From NCBI GenBank assembly GCA_016194975.1, contig JACQAM010000009.1:788-64787 (forward strand): 64,000 nt of DNA. Reading direction: 5' to 3'. The stretch is from Bacteroidota bacterium (GTDB lineage Bacteria > Bacteroidota > Bacteroidia > Palsa-965). Positions 49,801 to 60,490 of the stretch are shown in pieces. The translations under genes were made by a program, and so were the position numbers. How positions within the stretch are numbered: position 1 is the stretch's first letter; every line of letters begins with the position of its first letter. Under the pieces are notes generated by a model. The model ran no database searches and was not told the origin of the DNA. It was given only the letters and a program-made list of their open reading frames with translations.

Positions 49801-50838
49801 TCATTGGTAGAATGCGCAGATCTCTTTTATGCTTTGCTCAATATTCCTGTATTTGAAATTTATTTTGTGCGTGATCTTATCGGCCTTGTAACTGTTTTTT
49901 TCCAGTGAAGATTGTGCAGTTTCCTTCGTCACGCGTGGTGCGCGCCCGGTTAGGCCCGTGAAAATTTTTTCTCCTCTCCAGCCGAGGCCAAGTAAAGTGC
50001 GGGAAGCTTTCCACTTCGTTTCTTTCCTGCCGAATTGTTTCAGCACTTTGTTGAAGAATTCGCGGTAAGTGAGATTAGCGCCCGAAACAATGAACCGTTC
50101 ATTCACGATGTTGCTTTTCATGAGTTGTATTGCAGCACAACTAACATCGCGCACATCCACGAAGCCATTCACCCCATCGGTGTACCAGCGGAGCCCTTTG
50201 CGCAGCGCGCGGAAAAGCTCAGAACTGCTTTTGCCGGTACCGGGCGCGATCACGAGCGAGGGATTCACGATCACCACGTTCATTCCTTCTTCTGTGGCGC
50301 GCCACACTTCTCTTTCTGCGCCGTATTTGCTGATCGCATACCAGGAATTTTCAGGCGAATTTTTCCACCAGGTATTTTCATCAATCAAACTTCCGTCCGT
50401 GGTGCGGCCGAGTGCGGCAATGGAAGAGATGTGACAGAATTTTTCAATTTTTTTTTCGAGACAGAGATTAACAAGGTTCGCCGTTCCTTCTATGTTTATC
50501 TCCAGCATATTTTTTTTCTCGGATGGGACGAATGATACGAGCGCGGCTGCGTGATACACGTGCGTGATGCCCGCGAGCGCATCCTCGAGTGCGCCGGCAT
50601 CAAGAAGATCTGCATTCACCCATTCTATATTTTTCAATAATGCTTCTGCATTCTTCGAATAGAAATTAAAAATAGATTCGGTGACTTTTGTAGTACTGTC
50701 TTTTCTTTTTATCGCGCGAATGTGTTCCCCGCTTTTCACAAGATCGTAAGCGATGTGTGCGCCAATGAGTCCGGTTGCTCCGGTGATGAGAATGGAGGGA
50801 GGAGGGAGGAGTTGAGAGTCGGAAAAATTCTGCTTCAT
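49801..50838 (-). CDS. NAD-dependent epimerase/dehydratase family protein
   Basis: ILITGATGLIGAHI Rossmann motif, catalytic YAISK, ~345 aa. Confidence 0.75.
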   Translation of the reverse strand: MKQNFSDSQLLPPPSILITGATGLIGAHIAYDLVKSGEHIRAIKRKDSTTKVTESIFNFYSKNAEALLKNIEWVNADLLDAGALEDALAGITHVYHAAALVSFVPSEKKNMLEINIEGTANLVNLCLEKKIEKFCHISSIAALGRTTDGSLIDENTWWKNSPENSWYAISKYGAEREVWRATEEGMNVVIVNPSLVIAPGTGKSSSELFRALRKGLRWYTDGVNGFVDVRDVSCAAIQLMKSNIVNERFIVSGANLTYREFFNKVLKQFGRKETKWKASRTLLGLGWRGEKIFTGLTGRAPRVTKETAQSSLEKNSYKADKITHKINFKYRNIEQSIKEICAFYQ

Positions 50839-50987
50839 GAATTGCGATCAGCTAAAACAAATCGATTAGAGGCTGTTTAAAATTCATTTTTTTGGAATTG
50901 TTATGGCGCATAACAAAACAGAAGGATGAAATTTAAACAGCCTCTTAGGGAAAAGAAAATATTTTTCTCCGCTCTCCATTCGTCATT

Positions 50988-52529
50988 CTACAACGGAATA
51001 TTTCCGTGTTTCTTTCTTGGCAATTTATCTGCTTTATTCTTCAGCATTTCAAATGCAGCAATGAGTTTTGCGCGCGTGTCTTCGGGAGCTATCACTTCAT
51101 CAATGTATCCGCGTGCGGCGGCCATGTATGGATTGGCAAATTTTTCGAGATACTCTTTTTCTTTTTCTTTCAGTTTTGCAACCGGATCTTTCGCCGCAGA
51201 AATTTCATTTTTGAAAATAATTTCTGCTGCTCCTTTCGCGCCCATCACCGCAATTTCTGCGGTAGGCCATGCGTAATTCATGTCGGCGCCAATGTGTTTT
51301 GAATTCATCACATCGTATGCGCCACCGTACGCCTTGCGCGTGATCACGGTTACGCGCGGAACGGTTGCTTCGCAGAAAGCGTAAAGTAATTTTGCTCCGT
51401 TGGAAATGATCGCATTCCATTCCTGGTCGGTGCCGGGAAGAAATCCGGGAACGTCTTCGAAAACCAGCAGTGGAATATTGAATGAATCGCAGAAGCGGAC
51501 AAAGCGCGCTGCCTTTATGGACGAATGAATATCGAGTACGCCGGCGAGAACTGCAGGTTGATTTGCGACTATGCCAATGCTTCTTCCCGCAATGCGTGCG
51601 AATCCGACCACGATGTTTTCTGCGAAATTCTTGTGCACTTCGAGGAACGTATCGCTGTCGATGACATTATTGATCACATCGCGCATGTCATACGGCTGAT
51701 TCGGATTTTCCGGGATGAGATCGTTGAGCGCCGAACGTTTTTCATCGGAAGATTCGTATGCATGCATAGGAACTTCTTCTTCACAATTCTGCGGCATGTA
51801 GGAAAGCAATGCACGGATATTCTGAATGCACTCCACTTCATTCGCCGCCGCAAAATGCGTGACGCCCGATTTACCTGCGTGCGTCATTGCGCCACCGAGT
51901 TCTTCCGAAGTCACTTCTTCGTGCGTAACTGTTTTTACCACGTTGGGCCCGGTGACAAACATGTAAGAAGTATTTTCCACCATGAGAATAAAATCGGTGA
52001 TGGCGGGAGAATAAACTGCGCCGCCGGCACAAGGCCCCATGATGGCGGAGATCTGCGGAACGACTCCCGATGCAATTGTATTTCTGTAAAAAATATCGGC
52101 ATACCCTCCGAGTGAAACAACACCTTCCTGTATGCGCGCGCCGCCCGAATCATTTAGCCCGATGACAGGAGCGCCGTTCTTCATAGCGAGGTCCATGATG
52201 CGGACAATTTTTTCGGCATGCGTTTCAGAAAGCGATCCGCCGAAAACGGTGAAGTCCTGCGAAAAAACATAAACAAGCCGCCCGTTTATTTTTCCGAAAC
52301 CGGTAACCACACCATCACCAGGATAAATTTCTTTGTCGAGGCCAAAATCAGTGGAGCGGTGTGTGACGAGCATTCCTATTTCTTCGAACGTTCCTTCGTC
52401 GATCAGAAAATGCAATCGTTCTCTCGCCGTGAGTTTTCCTTTCTTGTGCTGCGAGTCGATGCGTTTTTGTCCACCACCGAGATGCGCTTCGGAAATTTTA
52501 TCTTCGAGTAACCTGAGCTTGTCTTTCAT
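50988..52529 (-). CDS. acyl-CoA carboxylase carboxyltransferase subunit (propionyl-CoA carboxylase beta / methylmalonyl-CoA carboxyltransferase-like)
   Basis: Two crotonase-like CT domains (GGARIQEG..., GAYDVM...). ~513 aa, N-terminus [20 protein letters not shown]. Confidence 0.85.
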   Translation of the reverse strand: MKDKLRLLEDKISEAHLGGGQKRIDSQHKKGKLTARERLHFLIDEGTFEEIGMLVTHRSTDFGLDKEIYPGDGVVTGFGKINGRLVYVFSQDFTVFGGSLSETHAEKIVRIMDLAMKNGAPVIGLNDSGGARIQEGVVSLGGYADIFYRNTIASGVVPQISAIMGPCAGGAVYSPAITDFILMVENTSYMFVTGPNVVKTVTHEEVTSEELGGAMTHAGKSGVTHFAAANEVECIQNIRALLSYMPQNCEEEVPMHAYESSDEKRSALNDLIPENPNQPYDMRDVINNVIDSDTFLEVHKNFAENIVVGFARIAGRSIGIVANQPAVLAGVLDIHSSIKAARFVRFCDSFNIPLLVFEDVPGFLPGTDQEWNAIISNGAKLLYAFCEATVPRVTVITRKAYGGAYDVMNSKHIGADMNYAWPTAEIAVMGAKGAAEIIFKNEISAAKDPVAKLKEKEKEYLEKFANPYMAAARGYIDEVIAPEDTRAKLIAAFEMLKNKADKLPRKKHGNIPL

Positions 52530-52583
52530 AAGGAGAAAATGGAGTTGCTAAGATAGAACTTAGAACTGAGAACTCGGATGCGA

Positions 52584-52617
52584 ATCGGTGAGCAAAAAAA
52601 ATCCCTCCCATAATTTG
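52584..52617 (-). terminator. rho-independent terminator (minus strand) after the DUF2807-OMP gene
   Basis: Minus strand reads CCTTCCCAAATTATGGGAGGG hairpin followed by ATTTTTTTTT. Confidence 0.5.
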
Positions 52618-52649
52618 GGAAGGATCCTTGAAAACGGGAATGTGAAATA

Positions 52650-54056
52650 TTAAAAATCGAGAGCGATTCCTGCGCTGAACGGATATACCACCGGGCCCTT
52701 GCTTTTTTCGAAGAGAGGAGAAAGCGCGTAAGAACCGAAGATGGTGAATTTGCCATAACCGACTCTTGCAATAATATCGTAACGGAAAGGATTCACATTA
52801 TAATCATCCCGCTGTTCGCGTTTGTAATCGTGGCCGCCGAGTTCATATTTCTGTTTGAGTTTATTATTGAAAATATTATAACCGAAATCCATTCCGGCGC
52901 CAAAGTGAAAAGAGCGGCTTGCATCATTATTATTCGTATTGAATTCAAGGAACAGCGGAACATTCACATAACACATATTCAAACGGTTCTTGAGATAATG
53001 CAATGAATCGCTGATGGCCGTGGTGTAAGAAGAATTCGGTACGAGCGAATAACTTCCTCGGAAATTATAATGATACCAGGTGAGACCGAGTCCTGTTCCG
53101 AGATTTACATTGTTGCGATAGATGTGAATATTTTTCTGCATGAGGTTCCATCCGAAAACATACGACTTCGCATAATTGAGATTCATGTATTCGAGGCCGG
53201 TAGGAAGTTCAAGTTTATTTGCCGAAGTGAGATAACCATCCACACCGAGATCAATCCCCTGCCAGTATTTGAAATCTTTGTCTTCGTTCTTTTTTTCGCG
53301 CACCGAACGTTCATCGCCATCATGCGGAGTGAGATGCACATCATAATCGCCAATGTGAAAACTGGTAGTATCATTTGAATTATTATCGTCACCACGAACA
53401 GAGATGGAAGAGGCGCCGCTTGCATTTACAACTTTCGCGGTTGCATTTCCCTGGTAATGGATGTCTGAAGCGTCGGAAGAAGTTGCGTCGAGTGAAACAT
53501 TGGCAGTAACGTGCGCTGAAGATGCACCGGTAGCAGCAACGTGTACATTATCGGCAGCAAGATCATACGCTTTGAGTGTGCCCGCGCCGGAAACAACAGC
53601 AGTAAGATTTTTTGTTGTACCAATGAATTTTACATCGCTCGCGCCGCTCAGTGTAGCGCGAACTGCATTTGACTGCACATTAATTTTAGCATCAGAAGCA
53701 CCGGAACCGGTGACTGATAAAGTATCGGTAACAAGCGGGTTCATACATTTTGTATCGGACGCGCCGCTGAGCTGAATGGAATTTATTTTTTTCACGGTGA
53801 TCTTTGCTTTCACGTCGTCACCGTGACCGGAAATATTAAGAACGCCGTTGTTGTCTACGGAAGTCGAAATATTTTTTGTTTCGTTCGCATCTCCTTCGAG
53901 AATTACAGAGTTGACATCGCCCTGTGTAATTTCTACAACGATTGGTGCAGAAATATCGAGTCCGTGAAAATCACCTACGGTGCGAACTTCAGAAGCTGTC
54001 TGCGAAAATCCGGTGATGGCGGAGAGAACAGCGAGAGTTGAAATAAATTTTTTCAT
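52650..54056 (-). CDS. fusion protein: DUF2807 (putative adhesin head / GIN domain) passenger-like N-terminal domain plus C-terminal OM beta-barrel domain
   Basis: Signal peptide MKKFISTLAVLSAITGFSQ. Repetitive GASD/SGAS beta-helix-like units (LSGASDTK, VTGSGASDAK, LSGASDVK, ATGASSAH). C-terminal ~200 aa with amphipathic strands ending GIALDF (terminal Phe). Confidence 0.55.
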   Translation of the reverse strand: MKKFISTLAVLSAITGFSQTASEVRTVGDFHGLDISAPIVVEITQGDVNSVILEGDANETKNISTSVDNNGVLNISGHGDDVKAKITVKKINSIQLSGASDTKCMNPLVTDTLSVTGSGASDAKINVQSNAVRATLSGASDVKFIGTTKNLTAVVSGAGTLKAYDLAADNVHVAATGASSAHVTANVSLDATSSDASDIHYQGNATAKVVNASGASSISVRGDDNNSNDTTSFHIGDYDVHLTPHDGDERSVREKKNEDKDFKYWQGIDLGVDGYLTSANKLELPTGLEYMNLNYAKSYVFGWNLMQKNIHIYRNNVNLGTGLGLTWYHYNFRGSYSLVPNSSYTTAISDSLHYLKNRLNMCYVNVPLFLEFNTNNNDASRSFHFGAGMDFGYNIFNNKLKQKYELGGHDYKREQRDDYNVNPFRYDIIARVGYGKFTIFGSYALSPLFEKSKGPVVYPFSAGIALDF

Positions 54057-54165
54057 AATGAAATATTTTTCGGGGAATGATTTATCGTAGGACGAATGAG
54101 TGGCCGGTTTGTTACAGCTCATTCAGCGAAAAATTACATTTGGCTGGTGTTCAGAGTACTCAGTA

Positions 54166-55185
54166 CTATTTCACGTTCACAGCAGAAAATTTTCTCATGA
54201 ATTCTCCGCACACATCCACCATTTCGGCCGATCCTGCGAAGAAGGGTGTGCGCTGGTGAAGCGATTTGATCTCGATCTCGAGAATTCTTTTGAAACCATC
54301 GGTTGTTTTTCCGCCGGCTTGTTCAATAATGAATGCAATGGGATTACATTCGTAAAGCAGCCGTAATTTTCCTTTCGGTGAAGCGGCTGTTGTAGGATAA
54401 ATATAAATTCCGCCGGTGATGAGATTGCGGTGAATATCCGCAACGGCAGAACCGATGTAGCGTGATGAATAAGGACGTTTGGTAGCAGGATCTTCTTCCT
54501 GGCAATACTTGATATATTTTTTTACACCGTCAGGAAAGTGAACATAATTTCCTTCGTTGATGGAATACGTTTTTCCATCCGGATTTATTTTCATGTTGGG
54601 ATGCGAGAGGCAGAATTCACCAATGGAAGGATCGAGTGTAAAACCATTCACACCTTTTCCTGTTGTGTAAACGAGCATGGTCGATGAACCATAAATAACA
54701 TAACCGGCGGCGATCTGTTCGGTTCCGCGCTGGAGGAAATCTTCAATATTGCCCGGCCCGGAAAGAGAAATTCTCCTGTAAATGGAAAAGATGGTTCCCA
54801 CCGAAACATTCACATCAATATTCGACGACCCGTCGAGCGGATCCATGGCCACAACATATTTTGCATTTTTCGACTGCGGATTATCGACCGGGATGAGGTC
54901 TTCATTTTCTTCCGATGCAATAGCGCAGATTTCACCACCAACACTCAACGCCGCTATGAATTGTTCATTAGCAAAAACATCGAGTTTTTTCTGCACTTCG
55001 CCCTGCACGTTTGTCTCTCCGGCTTCACCGAGAATATCAGCGAGCCCGGCTTTATTCACTTCGCGGTTCACGATCTTGGCGGCAATGCCTATATCGCGCA
55101 GCAAACGCGACAGCTCTCCTTTCGCATAAGGAAAATCAGATTGTTTTTCAATGATGAATTGCCCGAGTGTTTTTACTTTGGTCAT
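54166..55185 (-). CDS. fbp: fructose-1,6-bisphosphatase class 1
   Basis: Start [13 protein letters not shown]. Motifs DPLDGSSN and GKLRLLYE. ~339 aa. Confidence 0.85.
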   Translation of the reverse strand: MTKVKTLGQFIIEKQSDFPYAKGELSRLLRDIGIAAKIVNREVNKAGLADILGEAGETNVQGEVQKKLDVFANEQFIAALSVGGEICAIASEENEDLIPVDNPQSKNAKYVVAMDPLDGSSNIDVNVSVGTIFSIYRRISLSGPGNIEDFLQRGTEQIAAGYVIYGSSTMLVYTTGKGVNGFTLDPSIGEFCLSHPNMKINPDGKTYSINEGNYVHFPDGVKKYIKYCQEEDPATKRPYSSRYIGSAVADIHRNLITGGIYIYPTTAASPKGKLRLLYECNPIAFIIEQAGGKTTDGFKRILEIEIKSLHQRTPFFAGSAEMVDVCGEFMRKFSAVNVK

Positions 55186-55234
55186 GTTGTTCTTATTGTT
55201 TTGTAAAGATGGGAAATTTCTACTTTTGATTTTC

Positions 55235-55687
55235 ATGGAAAATATTATCATTCGGGAAGCCACCGGGACTGACATGTTTCATGTTCTGCAATTGATCAAA
55301 GAACTCGCGCATTATGAACGCGCCCCGGATGAAGTGATCCTGACCGAGCAGCAATTGATCCGCGACGGATTCGGCGATCATCCTCTTTTCTTCTGTTATG
55401 TTGCCGAAAAAGAAAATAGCATTGTGGGAATGGCGCTCTGCTACATCAATTATTCCACATGGAAAGGTCCTTGTATTTTCCTGGAAGATATCATTGTCAC
55501 GCAAAGCGAAAGAAAAAACGGGATAGGAAAATTACTTTTTGAAAAGATACTTTCTGTCGCAAAAGAAAAAAAAGTAAAACGTTTGTCATGGCAGGTGCTC
55601 GACTGGAATGAGCCGGCAATAAAGTTTTATGAAAAATATGATCCTGAAGTGATGAAGGAATGGCTGAATTACAGGATCAATCTGTGA
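55235..55687 (+). CDS. GNAT-family N-acetyltransferase
   Basis: Start MENIIIREA (ATG at 55235). [10 protein letters not shown] acetyl-CoA-binding motif. ~150 aa. Confidence 0.7.
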   Translation: MENIIIREATGTDMFHVLQLIKELAHYERAPDEVILTEQQLIRDGFGDHPLFFCYVAEKENSIVGMALCYINYSTWKGPCIFLEDIIVTQSERKNGIGKLLFEKILSVAKEKKVKRLSWQVLDWNEPAIKFYEKYDPEVMKEWLNYRINL

Positions 55688-55828
55688 GTGAATAATTTTT
55701 TGTAGAATACCAATGGAGGATGGAAGATGGACTTAGGGTTTAGTCGAAATGATAATTTCACCTTCAAAAAAATAGTCCACTTCCGTAGTCCGTAATCCAT
55801 CCTCCGGTAATCCGTAATTTCGTTCCCG

Positions 55829-57109
55829 ATGAAAGTTTTCAAATTCGGTGGCGCTTCCGTAAAAGATGCTGATGCCGTTCGCAACGTGGCAAAGATCCTT
55901 GGCCGATTTTCCGGGGAAAATATTGTGGTGATCATTTCTGCAATGGGAAAAACCACCAATGCACTCGAGCGGCTTGCCTATGCTTTTTTTTACGGAAAAG
56001 AAAATGCCACAGAAATTCTTGCTGAAATAAAAGATTTTCACTGGAAGATAGCACGCGAACTTTTCGGTTCCGAAGATCATACGTTCTTCACAGAATTGCA
56101 CAATGCGTTCGTTGAACTGGAATGGGCGGTGGATGGAAAACCCGAACATTCTTTCGATCATGAATATGACCAGGTTGTTTCTATCGGAGAAATTCTTTCC
56201 ACGAAGATCATCAGTGCATATCTCAGCAGCGCGGGTGTGAAAAATAAATGGCTCGATGTGCGTGACGTGGTGAAAACAGATAATACGTTCCGTGAAGGAA
56301 AAGTAGATTGGGCATTCACGGAAGAATGTGCGAAGAAATGCGTTGCCGGATTTTTTTCACACGGAAAAGAACAGGTCATTATCACACAAGGATTCATCGC
56401 CTGCACTTCAGAAAATTTCACCACCACGCTCGGGCGCGAAGGATCGGATTACACTTCTGCAATTCTTGCTTATTGCCTCAACGCAGAAAGTGTAACGATT
56501 TGGAAAGATGTGCCCGGTGTACTTAATGCCGATCCGAAATGGTTCGATGAAACACAACTTATTTCCGAGCTCACTTACCAGGATGCAATCGAGCTTACGT
56601 ATTATGGCGCAACCGTCATTCACCCTAAAACCATAAAACCGCTGCAGAATAAGAATATTCCTCTTTTCGTCCGCTCGTTTCTCGAGCCGGAAAAAACAGG
56701 AACGAAGATTCACGATGCGCATGTGCCGCTTCCGGTTCCATGTTTTATTTTCAAGGTGAACCAGGTTTTACTTTCCATTTCACCGAAAGATTTTTCTTTC
56801 ATCGTGGAAGAGAATCTCAGCGAGATATTCAACATGTTCGCATCGCATCGCATAAAAATGAATGTCATGCTCAATTCAGCCATCAGTTTTTCCGTAAGTG
56901 TGGATGGAGATGAGCGAAAACTTCCGGAACTGATAAAGGAACTGCGCGAAAAATTCCGCGTACTCTACAATGAAAATGTGGAACTGGTCACCATCCGTTA
57001 TTATGATCAGCCCACCATTGATCGTGTGACCGCAGGAAAAAGAATTTTTCTCGAAGTGAAATCACGTTACACGGTTCAGATCGTTATGAAAGACCTGAAT
57101 GAAAAATGA
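55829..57109 (+). CDS. lysC: aspartate kinase
   Basis: MKVFKFGGASV...ISAMGKTTNALE N-terminus. Kinase domain plus two C-terminal ACT-like segments. ~426 aa. Confidence 0.85.
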   Translation: MKVFKFGGASVKDADAVRNVAKILGRFSGENIVVIISAMGKTTNALERLAYAFFYGKENATEILAEIKDFHWKIARELFGSEDHTFFTELHNAFVELEWAVDGKPEHSFDHEYDQVVSIGEILSTKIISAYLSSAGVKNKWLDVRDVVKTDNTFREGKVDWAFTEECAKKCVAGFFSHGKEQVIITQGFIACTSENFTTTLGREGSDYTSAILAYCLNAESVTIWKDVPGVLNADPKWFDETQLISELTYQDAIELTYYGATVIHPKTIKPLQNKNIPLFVRSFLEPEKTGTKIHDAHVPLPVPCFIFKVNQVLLSISPKDFSFIVEENLSEIFNMFASHRIKMNVMLNSAISFSVSVDGDERKLPELIKELREKFRVLYNENVELVTIRYYDQPTIDRVTAGKRIFLEVKSRYTVQIVMKDLNEK

Positions 57110-57214
57110 AAATAAAAGCAAGCGTCAAATTCCAACCGGAGTCATTTTCTAAAAATATTTTTTTGGAATTTGTTTTTTGTTTTTTTGAGATTTTATACAA
57201 ATTACCGGAATCAA

Positions 57215-57874
57215 ATGAGTAAACCTGTCCGCATAGCGCTTGCCGACGATCATCCTTTGTATCTCGAAGGACTGGAAATGCTTTTAAATTCATCGAAGGA
57301 AGCGAAAGTGGTGGCCAAAGCAAATGAAGGCAATGCGGCGATGAAAATGATCGGCGAAAACGAATTCGACATTTTATTGCTCGATCTTCATTTGCCGGGA
57401 AAAAGCGGGATGGAAATTGCTACGGAACTCGGAAAGAAGAAAATTAATTTCAGGATCATCATGCTCACGATGCAGCGCGGCGGGCGTTACGTGGATAAAC
57501 TGAAAAAGCTCGGCGTGAAAGGATACTTACTGAAAAATATTTCCATGGAAGAATTGATGAAAGCGATCGTTCTTGTGAATGAAGGAGGTGAAATATTTCC
57601 TGATGAGACAAAAGAATATGATCATGATGAAGATGTGCTCTTGCGTTCATCGGCCATTATCATCGAAAATCCCGATGCGCAACTCACGGAACGCGAAAAA
57701 GAAATTCTCGTTCTCGTGTGTAAAGAATTCTCGAGCGCCGAGATCGGAAAAAAATTATTCATCAGCACAGGAACCGTGGACACACACCGGAAAAATATTC
57801 TTCTCAAGCTCGGTGTGAGCAATGCCGTAGGATTGGTGAAGTATGCGCTGAAGCATGGGTTACTGGAAGAGTAG
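57215..57874 (+). CDS. response regulator transcription factor, NarL/FixJ (LuxR-HTH) family
   Basis: Receiver segment IALADDHPLY...LLDLHLPGKSG...K. C-terminal LuxR HTH LTEREKEILVLVCKEFSSAEIGKKLFISTGTVDTHRKNIL. Confidence 0.85.
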   Translation: MSKPVRIALADDHPLYLEGLEMLLNSSKEAKVVAKANEGNAAMKMIGENEFDILLLDLHLPGKSGMEIATELGKKKINFRIIMLTMQRGGRYVDKLKKLGVKGYLLKNISMEELMKAIVLVNEGGEIFPDETKEYDHDEDVLLRSSAIIIENPDAQLTEREKEILVLVCKEFSSAEIGKKLFISTGTVDTHRKNILLKLGVSNAVGLVKYALKHGLLEE

Positions 57875-57876
57875 GG

Positions 57877-57941
57877 GGAACGAATTGCGAACTTCGCGCC
57901 TCTTCTGTTTCTCGCCAGGCGCGAAGTTCGCAATCCGTTCC
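57877..57941 (+). terminator. long near-perfect hairpin (24-bp stem, 17-nt loop) after the response-regulator gene
   Basis: GGAACGAATTGCGAACTTCGCGCC ... GGCGCGAAGTTCGCAATCCGTTCC has one mismatch over 24 bp. A T-rich tract and a second small hairpin follow. Confidence 0.55.
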
Positions 57942-58000
57942 CGTCCCAAAATCCCTTTTTACAGGATTGAAAATAATTTTTTCCCGCCGCAACTTGCGGC

Positions 58001-58201
58001 ATGATTTCGAAAGAACTTTCAGGAAGGGAAAAAGAAATACTGTTGCTGGTGTGTGCGGAGATGTCGGCCGAAGAAATAGGAGAGAAGCTGAGCATAAGCC
58101 CGTGCACCGTTTATACACACCGGAAAAATATTCTTGCAAAGACCGGGTCGAAAAATAAAATAGGGTTGGTAAAATACGCGATCAGAAAAGGAATGATCTG
58201 A
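58001..58201 (+). CDS. stand-alone LuxR/GerE-type HTH protein (66 aa), paralog of the adjacent response-regulator output domain
   Basis: LSGREKEILLLVCAEMSAEEIGEKLSISPCTVYTHRKNILAKTG is ~60% identical to the C-terminal HTH of the CDS at 57215..57874. Its stop abuts the stop of the convergent histidine-kinase gene. Confidence 0.55.
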   Translation: MISKELSGREKEILLLVCAEMSAEEIGEKLSISPCTVYTHRKNILAKTGSKNKIGLVKYAIRKGMI

Positions 58202-60268
58202 TCAGGAAATTATTTTCGCGGTGAATGTACTTCCGGAAGAAGAACTTTCTATGCTGAGTTCTCCTCCCATCTTCGATAAATATTCTTTCACAAGCCCGAG
58301 GCCAAGACCCGTTCCGCTTTCACCCATGGTTCCTTTCGAAGATCCTACCGTTTTTCTCTGTTGAATTTTTTGCAGTACATCAACAGGAATTCCGGCGCCA
58401 TGATCAGTGATTGAAATTGAAACTGCATTCTTTTCTTTTGCAACGCGAATGACGACTTGGGTATTTTCCGGTGAGAATTTGATCGCATTGCTGATGAGAT
58501 TTCTCAGGACCAGCCGCAGCATATTCTTGTCGGTATTCACCATGATATTTTTTTCACCGTTGACGATCATGGAAATTTTCTTCAGCGCGCAATGTGCATC
58601 GTATAGGCCCGCCTGCTCGCGAATGATCTCGCCGGGCGAAAAAATTTCTTTCCGCACATTCACGCCCATGCGCTGGAGCGCCGACCAGTGAAGAAGATTA
58701 TCGAGAAAACCCTGCAGCGGTTGAATGGAACGATCCAGTTTTTCAAATGAATCCGAGAGTTGTTCGCGCGACATATTTTCTTTCTGAGCAAGCACGGCCT
58801 GGTTGTAATTGCTGATCGCTTTCACCGGGTTCGAGAGATCATGCGAGATGATGGAAAATAATTTATCCTTCGAATGATTAAGCTCGGTAAGTTCATCTTC
58901 CGATTCAATGAGTTTTTTGTTCAGTTCTTTGAGCGTATTATTCTGCGCGGTGATCTGGTTATTTTTTTCTTCCAGTTTTTTTGCGCTGTTCTTTTTCGAA
59001 CGGTAGGCATAGAAAGAGAAAGCGAGGATAAGCGCAAGAATTCCTACACCGGAAAAAAGAAAAACATTCTGTGTTTTTTCTTCGGCAAGAGCGAGATCGC
59101 GTTCACGTCCTTTTGCTTTCAGGTCGAGGTTTTCTTTTTCTTTTTGTGCGGTTTGAAATTTCACCTGCAATTCATTCAGCACTTTTAATTTCTGTTCATT
59201 GAAGATGGAATCTTTTTCTTCCTGGTAAAGTGTAAGATAGTTCAGTGCAAGATCATAACGTTTCATGTCGGAGTACAAGCGCGAATATTCCAGGTAAAGA
59301 TCGCGGCGTGTTTCGCGCCCCTGGTAAATGGTCACGAGCGAGTCGGCGCTCTTCAGCAAAGCTTCTGCTGCGGGGAATTTTTTTTCAAGGCGTTTTGTAA
59401 AAGCAAGGTCGAGCAGGCAAATAGATAACGAATTTGTTTCGCCGATCACTTTTTTCAGTTCGTAGGATTGCAGAAGATATTTTTCCGCATTCGCATAGTC
59501 GCCCGTATTCCTGTAGAGGACACCGAGGTTGAGCAAACTCTGCGACATTCCCGATTTATCACCGATGCTGTCGCGTATGTGATAGGCGTGCAGGTGAAGA
59601 ATGAGTGCGGTATCATACCGGTGAATGTCATCATAATGCGATGCGATGTTATTGAGAACTGCAGCAAAATTTTTCCATTGTTTCTGTTGCTCAAAAATAT
59701 GTTCGGCCTTCACATAATAATTCAGCGACTGTTCCGTGTCGTTCATCGCGATGAGGATAAGGCCAAGATTGTGATAAGAAACGCCGAGTGATTTCTGATC
59801 ATTTATTTTTTCACGGATGCCGGCAGAGAGGAGTACATATTTCAGCGCGGAATCGAGATCGCCTTTCTCTTTGAAATAAAGTCCGACATCGCTGTATCCA
59901 TTGGCAAGCCCGCGTTGATAATTTTCTTTTTGCGCCAATTCAATTGCTTTCCACTTGTAAGCAAACGCCGAGTCCACCTTATCCATGTGATAAAAACAAC
60001 TTCCCAGGATGGTATAGGCATCGCTCTCCCGTTTTGCATTCCCGCACTGTTTTGATTCGCGCAATAATAGTTTGCCATAATAAAATGCACTGTCTTCATT
60101 CATTCCCCAATAAGACTGCGAAAGTTTAACAAGTGTTGCAAGACGCGAAGTATCCTTCTGAACAGATAGTGCATGAAGAAGACTGTCCACTCTCTGGCGT
60201 TGTTTTGCAGCCATCGGTATTGCGAAAAATCCGGATAGCAGCAGGAAAATCAACAGGAACTTTTTCAT
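58202..60268 (-). CDS. TPR-repeat sensor histidine kinase (TPR - TM - HisKA - HATPase)
   Basis: Signal peptide MKKFLLIFLLLSGFFAIPMAA. TPR units. TM segment VFLFSGVGILALILAFSFYAY. H-box FSIISHDLSNP. N/G boxes NLISNAIKFS, DHGAGIP, GTGLGLGL. Confidence 0.8.
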   Translation of the reverse strand: MKKFLLIFLLLSGFFAIPMAAKQRQRVDSLLHALSVQKDTSRLATLVKLSQSYWGMNEDSAFYYGKLLLRESKQCGNAKRESDAYTILGSCFYHMDKVDSAFAYKWKAIELAQKENYQRGLANGYSDVGLYFKEKGDLDSALKYVLLSAGIREKINDQKSLGVSYHNLGLILIAMNDTEQSLNYYVKAEHIFEQQKQWKNFAAVLNNIASHYDDIHRYDTALILHLHAYHIRDSIGDKSGMSQSLLNLGVLYRNTGDYANAEKYLLQSYELKKVIGETNSLSICLLDLAFTKRLEKKFPAAEALLKSADSLVTIYQGRETRRDLYLEYSRLYSDMKRYDLALNYLTLYQEEKDSIFNEQKLKVLNELQVKFQTAQKEKENLDLKAKGRERDLALAEEKTQNVFLFSGVGILALILAFSFYAYRSKKNSAKKLEEKNNQITAQNNTLKELNKKLIESEDELTELNHSKDKLFSIISHDLSNPVKAISNYNQAVLAQKENMSREQLSDSFEKLDRSIQPLQGFLDNLLHWSALQRMGVNVRKEIFSPGEIIREQAGLYDAHCALKKISMIVNGEKNIMVNTDKNMLRLVLRNLISNAIKFSPENTQVVIRVAKEKNAVSISITDHGAGIPVDVLQKIQQRKTVGSSKGTMGESGTGLGLGLVKEYLSKMGGELSIESSSSGSTFTAKIIS

Positions 60269-60490
60269 TCGCATACTTCCGAAAAATAAGCATTTCCCCA
60301 ATCAGGAAAGAAAATACCTAATTACGGGATTGTACAGGGGGCGTAATGGACGGACATTTGAAACGAAAATCAAAAAGAAAAAAATGCGTCGCCCCGTAGT
60401 GTATTCCGAATTGCATGCGAAGATATTTCACATCACAATCGCTTTTGTAGTGGTTACTTCCCTGGCCATTTTATTTTTTGTACCGGTAAA

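Noticed and set aside
51525-52115. 196-aa ORF antisense to the acyl-CoA carboxyltransferase
   Set aside because: Antisense shadow ORF inside a conserved gene.
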